This document shows, piece by piece, positions 1 through 12,032 of a stretch of 48,954 bases of DNA. Position 1 is the first letter of the stretch. Each line of letters begins with the position of its first letter. The notes below the pieces were generated by a model, which was not told the origin of the DNA, ran no database searches, and saw only the letters and a program-made list of their open reading frames with translations. The stretch comes from Eledone cirrhosa (lineage: Eukaryota), in the NCBI GenBank assembly GCA_964016885.1, contig CAXHJY010000002.1, positions 1 to 48,954 of the forward strand. The letters are read 5' to 3'. The position numbers were made by a program, and so were the translations under genes.

Positions 1-2131
<2,131 letters not shown>

Positions 2132-2278
2132 ATAAATTTATTATAATAAATTGAAGTGAAAGCAACTGGTGCGTGTGTTTCTTATTGGCAACATGACCCT
2201 CCCAAAGTATAACAATATCGGTTTCAACACACGATTTCAGATAAAGAATCTTACTAAACAAATTCAGAAACGAAATAT

Positions 2279-2310
<32 letters not shown>

Positions 2311-2429
2311 TATATATATTAAATATATATATATTATATATATATATATATATATTATATATATTATAAATTTATAAATTTCTGGTTGGTTGGTTGGTTG
2401 GTTCCACAACCAGATAGTTGTTTATATAT

Positions 2430-2474
2430 AGTCATAGTTCTTTCGTCACACACTCTGTGACCTCTTCAGTGACT
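2430..2474 (-). ncRNA. Minimal type I hammerhead ribozyme motif in the downstream pseudo-LTR
   Basis: Minus strand reads AGUCA-CUGAAGA-G-GUCAC(agagugu)GUGAC-GAAA-G(AA)C-UA-UGACU. Stems I and II pair, stem III is very short, cleavage triplet CUA. Confidence 0.75.
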
Positions 2475-2673
2475 GGGGATTCCTTTCTTTGTTTCTGTGC
2501 CTCTCCTTTTCTCTGTCCTACGCCATTTTATTTCTGTGTGTGTGTTATGTGCTCAGTTTGCGCATGCGCCACATCCGGGTGTCTGTGTGTGTTTATGTTC
2601 ATTTATTTATTTGTTATTTACATGTTACTGGTTGGTTGTTTGTTCTATGTGTGCGTGTGTTTTCATTTTGGCC

Positions 2674-5600
2674 TTAATTGTAAGTTGTGATGTTGCTGTT
2701 CCACTCATATTTTCTATTTAATTTTGCTTGTAATTCTTTTATGTTTATTGCCTCTGTAATTTGTCTAAAGATTGCGTCTTTTCTGTGTGTAGATTCTATT
2801 TTTATTTCTATGTTCTCTAATTTACCCTTGTGTTCTATTTTAGCATGTTGGTAGAGTACAGATGATTCTTTATTATCTTGAAGGTCTCGCCAGTGTTCAT
2901 TTATCCGTTCCCCTACACTACGAGCTGTCTCACCTACGTACACTATAGTTTTGTCTCTACATTGTCCTTCAGTACATCTTATGCTATACACTACATTTCT
3001 AGTTTTACAGTTAATATGGGGGCTTATTTTACAGGTTATACATTTCTTATCTATACATGAGGGTCTTTGAAAAGGGTATGTCTTGCTAATAAGTGTTTTT
3101 ACGGAGGTACCTGGTCTTTCTACTATCTTAATATTGAGTTTATGTTTATTTAGGGCCCTTCTAAATTTGTAAGCTAATTCACCTCTAGGGGTTGTATCGA
3201 TGAACATTACACTCTGGTATTTATTGCTATCATACCATGAGTTTATTCTATTAGCATTGTTCCTAGTTCTTTCTATTCTATTCCAAAATTTGCTCCTATA
3301 CAAGGGGCAGGTCCCATTTATGTCATTATTTACCATTTTTTCCCATTTGGTTCTGGCTCCTCTATACACTCTGATTTTATCTCTCTGCTTGTAGCCAGAG
3401 AACTGCATACAGTGGATGAAGTGTTGTATGTCTGTTTCTAGTTCTTCGGGGTTGCACATGCGGGACACATTTCTCATCACCCGTACCAAATCCGCAATCA
3501 GTATGTTGATTTTGGTATGGTCCGAAACGGCCGAGTTTCGGGGGATCAGATGTTTGGAAGTCATGGGTTTGGCATAATGGGAATGGAGGATTTGTTTTTT
3601 GTTGTTAATGGTATCTAACCAGAGCTCTGTGTCTAGTACAGGTAATCGATGGTTGGGGTGTTTACTTGGGTAGTCTATAGTTACTCTAATGCTCTGGTGG
3701 ATGGAGTTTGCTATTTGCTGGATGCTTTCCATTGTGTTTTTCTCTAGTTCCTGACTGTTCTCTAGTGGGGGTGTCTTAACTACGATGTTTATATCATCAA
3801 CGTAGCGGGAGTACATTATCAGGGTTAAGGGGTCTTCTAATTGTTCTTTAAGTTTAAGTCTACTGTCCCACCATACCATGAATAAGTTAGCTATGTCGCC
3901 TGCAATGCTAACACCAATGGCTGCTCCTTCCTCTTGGGCATATGTTTTTCCATTAAATTTGAACATATGTTCCTTAAGGGTTAGTTTTATGCTGGCCCCT
4001 ACCGCATGTGCAATCATTTTCTTCAGTTCATCGTGGTTTTCGGGTGTCAGTATGGCTCTGGTCCACCCGTTCCATCTATCTGTGTGGGTTTTCTTGGCCA
4101 TTGAGGTAATGGTAGGTGGTCTGCCTCTTGCTGGTCTTGTAGGGCACAGGTTGCTAAGGTCATAAGTGTCTAGGTAATTATTACTATAGGTAAGCTTAAG
4201 TAGGAGTCCCAGCTCACTGGTATCAATCCCACGGAACTCAACCTTGCTCTCACTGATCATTTCTACGCATTTCTCCACAGCAAAATCCACGTCAATAGAT
4301 GGATACAGGGACACAACATCCATACTGCCTATTATGCAGTTTGTTAGGTCCCTAGATCGGTTACTCACGCCGATTCTGCTGAGGAGGTCCTCCGTGCTGT
4401 CACATACATCTGGGGACATTTCAATGATGGGGCGTATGATCAGGGAGAGGAAGTAGGACAGTCTGTAGTTACTAGCAATGTTAGCTCCACAGACTGGCCG
4501 TGTTGGTGGTCCCGCGACAGGGTCACAGCCCGTTTTATGGTCTTTTCGAAGCCCATACAACGCCGGCACGTCATTGTTCCAGGCCTGGAAGTTGTTGGCA
4601 GTCCTTTTGTTGGGCTGCATTATATTCGTCCACATCACCATATGGGCATTGAGGGCTTTTTCTCTATCCTCATGCTCCTGTGGTGTTAACTCTCTTGTGT
4701 TAGTGATGTGGGGTTGCCTTGCCTGGATGTAGTTTGGCAGGCTGTCAACCGACATTCTGTCAGACTTGTCTGTTGGAAAGCATGCTATCTCTCCATTACG
4801 TGAGCGCTGCATGAGCTTACGCAAGCCATTTGCAGATTTTTCTCCCAGTTGCTGGGCCTCCATTCTATTATGCTTCTTGCTATACTGTTCTATAATATTT
4901 CTAAGTTCGGATCTAGCTATACTAAATTGTGCTTCTGTTTGTTCATCGACCTGCGACGGCAATTGCGTGCGTTTGTTAAATGGTAAAGTCGTGGCGTGGA
5001 CTCGTCGCAGGTCGAACGATTTATTGGAGGGATTATAAAACGTAGAGTTCCAGGCTGCTGCTTTATGTGTACTAGTGCTATTGTTATTGTTAGTTGTGTT
5101 ATTTCTATTTCCACCAACAGCCTCATGGTTGTTTCTATGTCTCTCACAATTACTCCTGTCTCTTTCCACTGGCTCATTGTTGTTATCTACCTTATTTTGT
5201 GTGTCTGTGTGTTCGTCTTGGTTATTCTCTTTGTCCTTAGTCTCCCTTCTCTTTTTAATCCTATTACTTTCCCTTATTTCTGTGATTTCTGTGCTACTGT
5301 CATTACTTGTTTTCTGTGTCTGTGTGTTTAAGATTGTGGTGGTGGTGAGAGGCATTGAATGTGTGTGTGTTGTTGTTGTTGATGTGTGCTGTTGTTGTGT
5401 GTTGTCTCCGTGTGTGTTATTGTTGTTGTGTGTGTTGTTATTGTTGTTTGTGTCTGCGTGTCTGTTGTTGTTGTTTCTGGGTATGTTGTTGGTGGTGGTG
5501 GTGTTGGTGGTTGTGGTGTGGTGTGTGTTGTTGTTATTGTTGTTTGTGTCTGTGTGTCTGTTGTTGTTGGGATGTGTGTTGTATATGTGTGTGCGTATAT

Positions 5601-6360
5601 TGTTGTTTTTGTTTTTGTTTTTAAGGCTCCAGCGTAGTTTTGTAAATGATTTTTCTATTTCTGACAGACAACTAATCATATTTACCTTCTTGAATGTCGC
5701 AAATTTCGGTGGAAGTTGTAATGCAGATAATTCATCATTATCTATCATTGTGTTGCCGTATATATTTGTGTTGTTGTTGTTGTTGTTGAACTCATCTGTT
5801 AATGAGGTGTCGGCCATATTTACACCGTCAATTTTGTCGGGATATCTATTGGTATTCTCTATAGTATCCTGATTTAGCTTTATCTGCTTAAGCCACTTTA
5901 GTTTCTTGTTAAAGTGCTTATCACATTCTTGAGTAATGTACTGTTCTTCAGGACGTATAAGGCTTATAAATATTAGTTTCTCTCTTGGTGTTGTGATCCT
6001 AGCTATTTCTTGTATTAGGTTACGCTTATGTTTTTCTTGATGACTTAATTCTCTATAGATCTTCTTTTTTATGTTTAGAATTAATGTTCGTTTTAGCCTA
6101 TCTGCTTGTTTTTTGGTGAGTTGTAATCTTCTAACGTCGGTGTGAATGGTGTTGGTGTAAACTCGGGACGAGGCACATTCTTTTATGAAGTGTAGTTGTC
6201 GAGATGTTATGGTTTTTCGTAGACAACAGAACATGGTGGTTTTCAGTATCTTGTTAGCCTGGCTAAGGCTTACGATATTTCGTTTCTGAATTTGTTTAGC
6301 AAGATTCTTTATCTGAAATCGTGTGTTGAAACCGATATTGTTGTACTTTGGGAGAGTCAT
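2674..6360 (-). CDS. PLE polyprotein: reverse transcriptase + Cys linker + GIY-YIG endonuclease (first ATG at 6360; the ORF track starts at GTG 6384)
   Basis: Uninterrupted ~1230 aa. RT motifs TDKS, LYGLRKDHK, SMDVVSLYPSI, QEEGAAIG, YSRYVDD, LPVLD. Linker CIDKKCITC. Endonuclease NVVYSIRC...VYVGETARSVGERINEH. Confidence 0.93.
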   Translation of the reverse strand: MTLPKYNNIGFNTRFQIKNLAKQIQKRNIVSLSQANKILKTTMFCCLRKTITSRQLHFIKECASSRVYTNTIHTDVRRLQLTKKQADRLKRTLILNIKKKIYRELSHQEKHKRNLIQEIARITTPREKLIFISLIRPEEQYITQECDKHFNKKLKWLKQIKLNQDTIENTNRYPDKIDGVNMADTSLTDEFNNNNNNTNIYGNTMIDNDELSALQLPPKFATFKKVNMISCLSEIEKSFTKLRWSLKNKNKNNNIRTHIYNTHPNNNRHTDTNNNNNNTHHTTTTNTTTTNNIPRNNNNRHADTNNNNNTHNNNNTHGDNTQQQHTSTTTTHTHSMPLTTTTILNTQTQKTSNDSSTEITEIRESNRIKKRRETKDKENNQDEHTDTQNKVDNNNEPVERDRSNCERHRNNHEAVGGNRNNTTNNNNSTSTHKAAAWNSTFYNPSNKSFDLRRVHATTLPFNKRTQLPSQVDEQTEAQFSIARSELRNIIEQYSKKHNRMEAQQLGEKSANGLRKLMQRSRNGEIACFPTDKSDRMSVDSLPNYIQARQPHITNTRELTPQEHEDREKALNAHMVMWTNIMQPNKRTANNFQAWNNDVPALYGLRKDHKTGCDPVAGPPTRPVCGANIASNYRLSYFLSLIIRPIIEMSPDVCDSTEDLLSRIGVSNRSRDLTNCIIGSMDVVSLYPSIDVDFAVEKCVEMISESKVEFRGIDTSELGLLLKLTYSNNYLDTYDLSNLCPTRPARGRPPTITSMAKKTHTDRWNGWTRAILTPENHDELKKMIAHAVGASIKLTLKEHMFKFNGKTYAQEEGAAIGVSIAGDIANLFMVWWDSRLKLKEQLEDPLTLIMYSRYVDDINIVVKTPPLENSQELEKNTMESIQQIANSIHQSIRVTIDYPSKHPNHRLPVLDTELWLDTINNKKQILHSHYAKPMTSKHLIPRNSAVSDHTKINILIADLVRVMRNVSRMCNPEELETDIQHFIHCMQFSGYKQRDKIRVYRGARTKWEKMVNNDINGTCPLYRSKFWNRIERTRNNANRINSWYDSNKYQSVMFIDTTPRGELAYKFRRALNKHKLNIKIVERPGTSVKTLISKTYPFQRPSCIDKKCITCKISPHINCKTRNVVYSIRCTEGQCRDKTIVYVGETARSVGERINEHWRDLQDNKESSVLYQHAKIEHKGKLENIEIKIESTHRKDAIFRQITEAINIKELQAKLNRKYEWNSNITTYN

Positions 6361-6479
6361 GTTGCCAATAAGAAACACACGCACCAGTTGCTTTCACTTC
6401 AATTTATTATAATAAATTTATAAATTTATAAATTTCTGGTTGGTTGGTTGGTTCCACAACCAGATAGTTGTTTATATAT

Positions 6480-6524
6480 AATCATAGTTCTTTCGTCACA
6501 CACTCTGTGACCTCTTCAGTGACT
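6480..6524 (-). ncRNA. Minimal type I hammerhead ribozyme motif in the upstream pseudo-LTR
   Basis: Same as 2430-2474, except stem I 3' strand is UGAUU (a G-U wobble keeps the pairing). Confidence 0.75.
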
Positions 6525-6843
6525 GGGGATTCCTTTCTTTGTTTCTGTGCCTCTCCTTTGTTCTGTCCTACGCCATTTTGTTTCTGTGTGTGTGCTGTGT
6601 GCTCAGTCTGCGCATACGCCACATCCGGGTGTCTGTGTGTGTTTATGTTCACTTATTTATTTGTTTATTTACATGTTACTGGTTGGTTGTTTGTTCTATG
6701 TGTGTGTGTGTTTTCATTTTGTGAGGCAATAAACATAAAAGAATTACAACCAAAATTAAATAGAAAATATGAGTGGAACAGCAACATCACAACTTACAAT
6801 TAAGGACAATTTTCTTTTTTCAGTTCACTATTGTTATGTTTAT

Positions 6844-7350
6844 CTAATATAAATAATGCATCATCACGATATAAACCTCCGGCAATTTCCTATGTATGGC
6901 GTTAAGAATGAAGATGCCAACGAGGTCTGTAACTTGAGCTGAGTCCAAAGAACCCATCGTAATATCAAAATTATTCGGTTTATCAACTCTAGACCAGAGA
7001 TCGTTGTTAAATTCAGGAAGGGTTTTTGGTGCAGTTAATATAATGTTTATTTCTTCACTAGAAAAGTCAGTATGTTTGGATGTGTATATTAGTGCTTTAT
7101 TAAGTAAATTAGGAGTTATTGAAGAATAGTAGTTAGCTATATCCATTTGTATAAATTTAGTATTATTTTTAGATTTAATGTTTACAAACCAATCTATTAC
7201 TTCATTTGTACCGTTCCAAAGCTTGAGATATGATTTTTGTTTGAGTATTGGTATAATTTTGTCAAGTATATTTTTACTAATAATTCCTAGATCGGATTTA
7301 GACTGTGTTATAAGCCTGACTGGTAGGTCTGCTTCAAAATTTCTTTTCAT
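6844..7350 (-). pseudogene. Truncated RT fragment of a second PLE family (resembles the Naiad clade)
   Basis: RLITQSKSDLGIISKNILDKI, LWNGTNEVIDWF, FIQMDIANYYSSIT, FDITMGSLDSAQVTDLVG. The ORF breaks before the catalytic YxDD. Confidence 0.8.
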
Positions 7351-7877
7351 AGTATTAATTTTAATACTATGAAAAGAAATACTATGCTAAAAAATAAATA
7401 CACTCGTATATATTATGTGTAAATACGATGTATATTCAATCACATAACCACATGACTAATATTATATTGTAATTGTTTTAAGGAATAATAATTCTTAATT
7501 TACTACAATACATTATAATTCTCATCTAAATATTATAAATACATCCATATTCTTAAAATATATATATTAAAAAATAAATAAGTATAATTATGTGATTCCT
7601 TCTAAACTCATGTATATATCTTTGAGTGTATATATCTATAACTATCTCTAAAATAACCCTACAATAATTTTTTAACCTATAACAAACCCATAAACAATAT
7701 AATTAAGGATTTAATAAAAATCTATCAGGCGTCTAAATTTAACGGGTTTTTTCAGGTTTAACGTATCCTCATTAACATCTTATCCCTTGAGTTTTGAATT
7801 TTTCAATCACTATCTTCATTTCACTTATAACATTAAGTTCACATGAAGATATGTCACTATCTTAACACCAAATATCA

Positions 7878-7938
7878 TATTTTATCTGACGAAAGCGTAC
7901 TTAAATATTAGTACCCTTGAAATACGTATAATAAAATA
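7878..7938 (+). ncRNA. Minimal hammerhead motif in a PLE pseudo-LTR remnant (~7700-7985)
   Basis: tattttat-CTGACGA-aagc-gtac...gtac-cctt-GAAA-TACGTA(palindromic)-TA-ataaaata. Same family as the arms at 9103-9437. Confidence 0.65.
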
Positions 7939-7981
7939 AATATGGTTTTATAAAGATATTTTCCATTTATTTATAGGCTTG

Positions 7982-8020
<39 letters not shown>

Positions 8021-8024
<4 letters not shown>

Positions 8025-8343
8025 CAGGAAAGAAGGTTTACATAGTTTGCTATACAAAAAAGTTTTTAATCACATAGCTTACATTTGTTTCACTGAACTG
8101 GTCTGTCTAGAGATCGCTATCCGCCTAATTTTGCGTCACTCGATCGCCAATACAGAATTATAACCAGTCAGATTCTCGCATGCTCCGAAGATCTGACTGG
8201 TTATAATTCTGTATTGGCGATCGAGTGACGCAAAATTAGGCGGATAGCGATCTCTAGACAGACCAGTTCAGTGAAACAAATGTAAGCTATGTGATTAAAA
8301 ACTTTTTTGTATAGCAAACCATGTAAACCTTCTTTCCTGATTT
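8021..8343. repeat. Long near-perfect inverted repeat (153-bp arms, 17-nt spacer) abutting (TA)n
   Basis: 8021-8173 is the reverse complement of 8191-8343, with one mismatch seen. Confidence 0.95.
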
Positions 8344-8512
8344 ATTATTACTCCAAGTGTTTACAACATAGGAATTACAGCATACCCGCAGCATCACTAT
8401 GAAAACGCCTTGTTGAGTCAAACCAAGCCAAGCGTTAATATCATCCACTACCTGGAATACCATAACTGGACTTCACCTAAGTGGACTGCATTTAACTATT
8501 ATTTGTTAATCC

Positions 8513-8569
<57 letters not shown>

Positions 8570-8572
<3 letters not shown>

Positions 8573-8974
8573 ACTCCTTACTAGAGAATTTGACTCGACG
8601 GTATCCTTTGACTCCTATAAATATCGAAGCTGTGGAATATGGTATATTTGTACAGAAGAGACCATCTCTCTCTATATGTAAGCAAGTATATCACCAAGAA
8701 AAATATAGACTTCGCTGAAGCCTATATTTTTCTTGGTCTATACTTGCTTACATATAGAGAGAGATGGCAACATGAATGGACTAGTCACTTTTTCTCTAAA
8801 AACATATTTTCCAATTCCATCCCGCCCGTCTTTTCATTATTTATTCTGATGAAAGACTAGCCTCCGAAACGTTCAGACCTTCTTCCAGGTATTTCAAGCG
8901 TCGTTAACACCTGATATATTCCTTCCATATACTGTACCGATTGTGTTATTTCTGTTTATCTTTTACATACATAC

Positions 8975-8975
<1 letters not shown>
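8570..8975 (+). mobile_element. PLE 3'-end remnant with a degenerate minimal hammerhead (~8842-8877)
   Basis: Lies between TA tracts and contains CTGATGA-aagactagcctcc-GAAACGTT. Related cores occur at 15312-15347 (-) and 42138-42173 (-). Confidence 0.5.
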
Positions 8976-9015
<40 letters not shown>

Positions 9016-9102
9016 CAAAAGGGATATTTAATAGGTTGGTAATTCAACAAATATATATGTTTATAACTGATTCGAAGCACTCGACAGATTTTCTGGAGTA
9101 TA

Positions 9103-9437
9103 ATATCAATGATATTAAATAAATGGAAACTATATTTATAAAACCATATTTATTCTATTATACATATTTCAAGGGTACCAACACTTTGGTACGCACTCAT
9201 CAGATAAAATACAAAGTTTGTTTTATAAATATTGACATATCCATATTGACTTAACGGTTCAAGTTTTTCCTGGAAAAACTTGAACCGTTAAGTCAATATG
9301 GATATGTCAATATTTATAAAACAAACTTTGTATTTTATCTGATGAGTGCGTACCAAAGTTTTGGTACCCTTGAAATATATAATAGAATAAATATGGTTTT
9401 ATAAATATAGTTTCCATTCATTTAATAACATTGATAT
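9103..9437. repeat. Palindrome (~167-bp arms, 1-nt centre at 9271) with a hammerhead motif in each arm
   Basis: The arms are reverse complements with a few mismatches. Hammerhead motifs at 9331-9389 (+) and 9151-9211 (-). Confidence 0.93.
9331..9389 (+). ncRNA. Minimal type I hammerhead motif
   Basis: tattttat-CTGATGA-gtgc-gtacca(aagttt)tggtac-cctt-GAAA-TATA-TA-atagaata. Confidence 0.7.
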
Positions 9438-9994
9438 ATATATATATATATATATATATTTCACTTAAATCTGCTCCCAAACAAACAAGTCTATCCGATT
9501 GATTTTAACTATCTTATAGGGTCACTGCCTTGACAATGGCTTTTTAAACCCATTATCAAATATTTGGGATCGTTAAATTTGCTAAGGTAAGATTCTTTTG
9601 TTATCTTGGTAATTTTAACAATCTCTATAACGCATTGTGTTGGTCTTCAAAATTTAAATTTATGTTTCCTATTAAACAATGCTTCAAGCAAGCTAGAAAC
9701 TAAGTTTTAGAAGATCCCGTTAAGGGTGAAAGCAGCGATTCCTTGCTCAAACTTTAATCTGTTATTATAATACGGGATGTTTGTTTACAAACACACCGAG
9801 CATTATAATAAATGTTCGGTGAATCCATACGTACATGTATATATGTGTGCATGTATGTATATATATATATATATATATATATACATACTACTGTACGTCT
9901 GTATACATATATGTATGTACGTGTACATACTTATATTTAAGTAACAGCCGTACTAAGAGTGGGAAATGAATTTTCATTTCATTTTTTCCGTTTA

Positions 9995-11245
9995 TCTATA
10001 TATATAAAACTGAGGTTGTCTGTCTGTCTATCGATTTTTGGCACACATCTCCTCTTAGAATCTCTCACGGAATTGCACCGAAATTGCTATACTTGTACAT
10101 TGAGCCCTAGCGAAGACATCGGAAAAAAAATATTTCAAATTGACCCGCCCTATCTGACGAAATCGAATATAATGTATCGATTTTTGAGCGTAAGTGATCA
10201 GTTATTTCCCTTTGTTCTGTTTACATTCAGCGTAGCGTCTTATGTTCTCTTTACATTTTCTGCGTGCAAAAATTAAAAAAATGATTTCCCTTTGTTCTGT
10301 TTACATTCACCGTAGCGTCTTACGTTCTGTTTACATTTTCTGCGTGCAAAAATTAAAAAAATTACGCTGGCAAAAATTAAAAAAATTACGCTGGCTTTCT
10401 CAGCGTTTAAAATGACATTAACACAATACACGAACAGTTGTCGAGCCATCAAAATTTTGACCTGCAAAATTCATCAGTTCGAACACTAAGCTTCCGTTTT
10501 GCTTCATTTCCATTTAAAAGCCTTTTAAAACAATATTTTTACTTGAAAACAAGTCTATTTAAAGACTACGTAAAACAAGCAAATATTTCGTAAAAAAAAG
10601 CAAAAATTATATAAGTTTATTTAAAATATATGTATCTGTAAATTTCGTTAGGCGTGCAGACAGACAGTCGTGCAGACAGACAGTCGTGCAGAGAGGTGAT
10701 ATAGGCGTGCAGACAGACAGTCGTGCAGAGAGGTGATATAGGCGTGCAGACAGACAGTCGTGCAGATAGGTGATATAGGCGTGCAGACAGACAGTCGTGC
10801 AGAGAGTTGATATAGGCGTGCAGACAGACAGTCGTGCAGAGAGGTGATATAGGCGTGCAGACAGACAGTCGTGCAGAGAGGTGATATAGGCGTGCAGACA
10901 GACAGTCGTGCAGAGAGGTGATATAGGCGTGCAGACAGACATAACTGATAATTTGGTTACGCTAATGTTTTTCTCTGCGTTGCAGTGTTTACATTTTCGA
11001 TCTTTGTTAATAAATAACCAGTGCAGTTTTTATCCCAGCATCCTCTTTTGTCATAACATTCGGGTTATCGTTATGTTTTCTTAACTTCATAAGGCATATT
11101 GTTGGTTGAGGGAATATTAATCAAAAACACCACATGCAAGTCTGCACAGTAGACACTACAGTTTTTAAGCCAAAAAAGAAACTTAACATTGTAACTTTAA
11201 CACAGCTACTGAGCGACCCCGAGCAACGCCGGGCTTTACTGCTAG
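9995..11245 (+). mobile_element. Non-autonomous Helitron
   Basis: Begins A|TCTATATATATAAA...(ctgt)n. Ends with the hairpin cccgagcaacgccggg (11218-11233), then CTAG|T. Inserted between A and T with no TSD. Confidence 0.82.
10649..10940. repeat. 37-bp minisatellite inside the Helitron (~8 units)
   Basis: Unit 'taggcgtgcagacagacagtcgtgcagagaggtgata'. Confidence 0.95.
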
Positions 11246-11558
11246 TATATATATATATGTGTCCGCATGTATCTGTGTGTTTCTAAATATATTGTTAATA
11301 ACTCCCTCTGGTCGAGCAATCTTTGAAGTGTGGGGACAACTGGAAAGCTTCCATTACTCATACTTTTCGCCTTCTTCACCACCTCTTCTACGGCCTCGAT
11401 ATGAATACCCCCTCCGCCTCCGTGGTATTTTCTTCGTGGTTATAAGAGGCTTAGCTCTGTTTCTCGACCGTTATATCGCGTGACTATCTCCCCCTCCGCC
11501 TTTTGGGATTCTTTCTCACGTCGTGTAGACGCGTTCTTGAGACTAGTAAAATGAGGTA

Positions 11559-11646
11559 TCCTCTTGATAAGTCGGCAGACCTCGCAAGGACTCTATATCT
11601 TTGATATATTGTTTTTGTTTATGCCACGAAACTACGTAGTCGAGGA
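11559..11646 (+). ncRNA. Hammerhead motif with a U3:A8 core variant
   Basis: tcctc-TTGATAA-gtcggca...tgccac-GAAA-CTACGTAG(palindrome)-TC-gagga. GUC cleavage triplet and a 5-bp stem I. Confidence 0.65.
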
Positions 11647-11712
11647 ATTTAGGAGCAGTTTAGGTATGATACATTTTATTACTAATTATATCTAAATGTT
11701 TCTTCTCTCTTC

Positions 11713-11766
<54 letters not shown>

Positions 11767-11916
11767 AAGTCAATAGGTTAGAATTTACTTCATTTATTTC
11801 TGTTTACTCCGGAGTAAACAGACTCACCTTTGTACTTTGTCGAGTGCTGTATCGTGCATACAGTAGTGTTGATGATTAACTAACACATACTTTACCAAAT
11901 ATATATATATACTGAA

Positions 11917-12032
11917 GGCGTGTGGCTGAGTGGTTAGAGAATTGGATTCAGAATCGTTAGGTTGTGAGTTCGATTCCTGGACCGGGCGATGCGTTATGTC
12001 CTTGAGCAAGAGACTTTATTTCACGTTGCTCC
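11917..12032 (+). mobile_element. tRNA-derived SINE, family 2 (5' part)
   Basis: A-box tggctgagtgg, B-box gagttcgattcc, body 'gtccttgagcaag...tttatttcacgttgctcc'. Confidence 0.8.

Larger units (their letters stand above)
2132..6806 (-). mobile_element. Full-length Penelope-like retroelement (PLE) with pseudo-LTRs and inverted terminal fragments, inserted in (TA)n
   Basis: Single long RT+GIY-YIG ORF. Direct repeats at ~2366-2668 and ~6419-6720. 2132-2278 is an inverted copy of the ORF 5' region and 6723-6805 an inverted copy of the ORF 3' end. Confidence 0.93.

Noticed and set aside
5075-5872. 265-aa hydrophobic ORF on the + strand
   Set aside because: Antisense shadow of the Asn/Thr-rich tract in the PLE ORF.
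11917-11990. tRNA genes at SINE heads
   Set aside because: A/B boxes are present but there is no complete cloverleaf, and each continues into a repeated SINE body.
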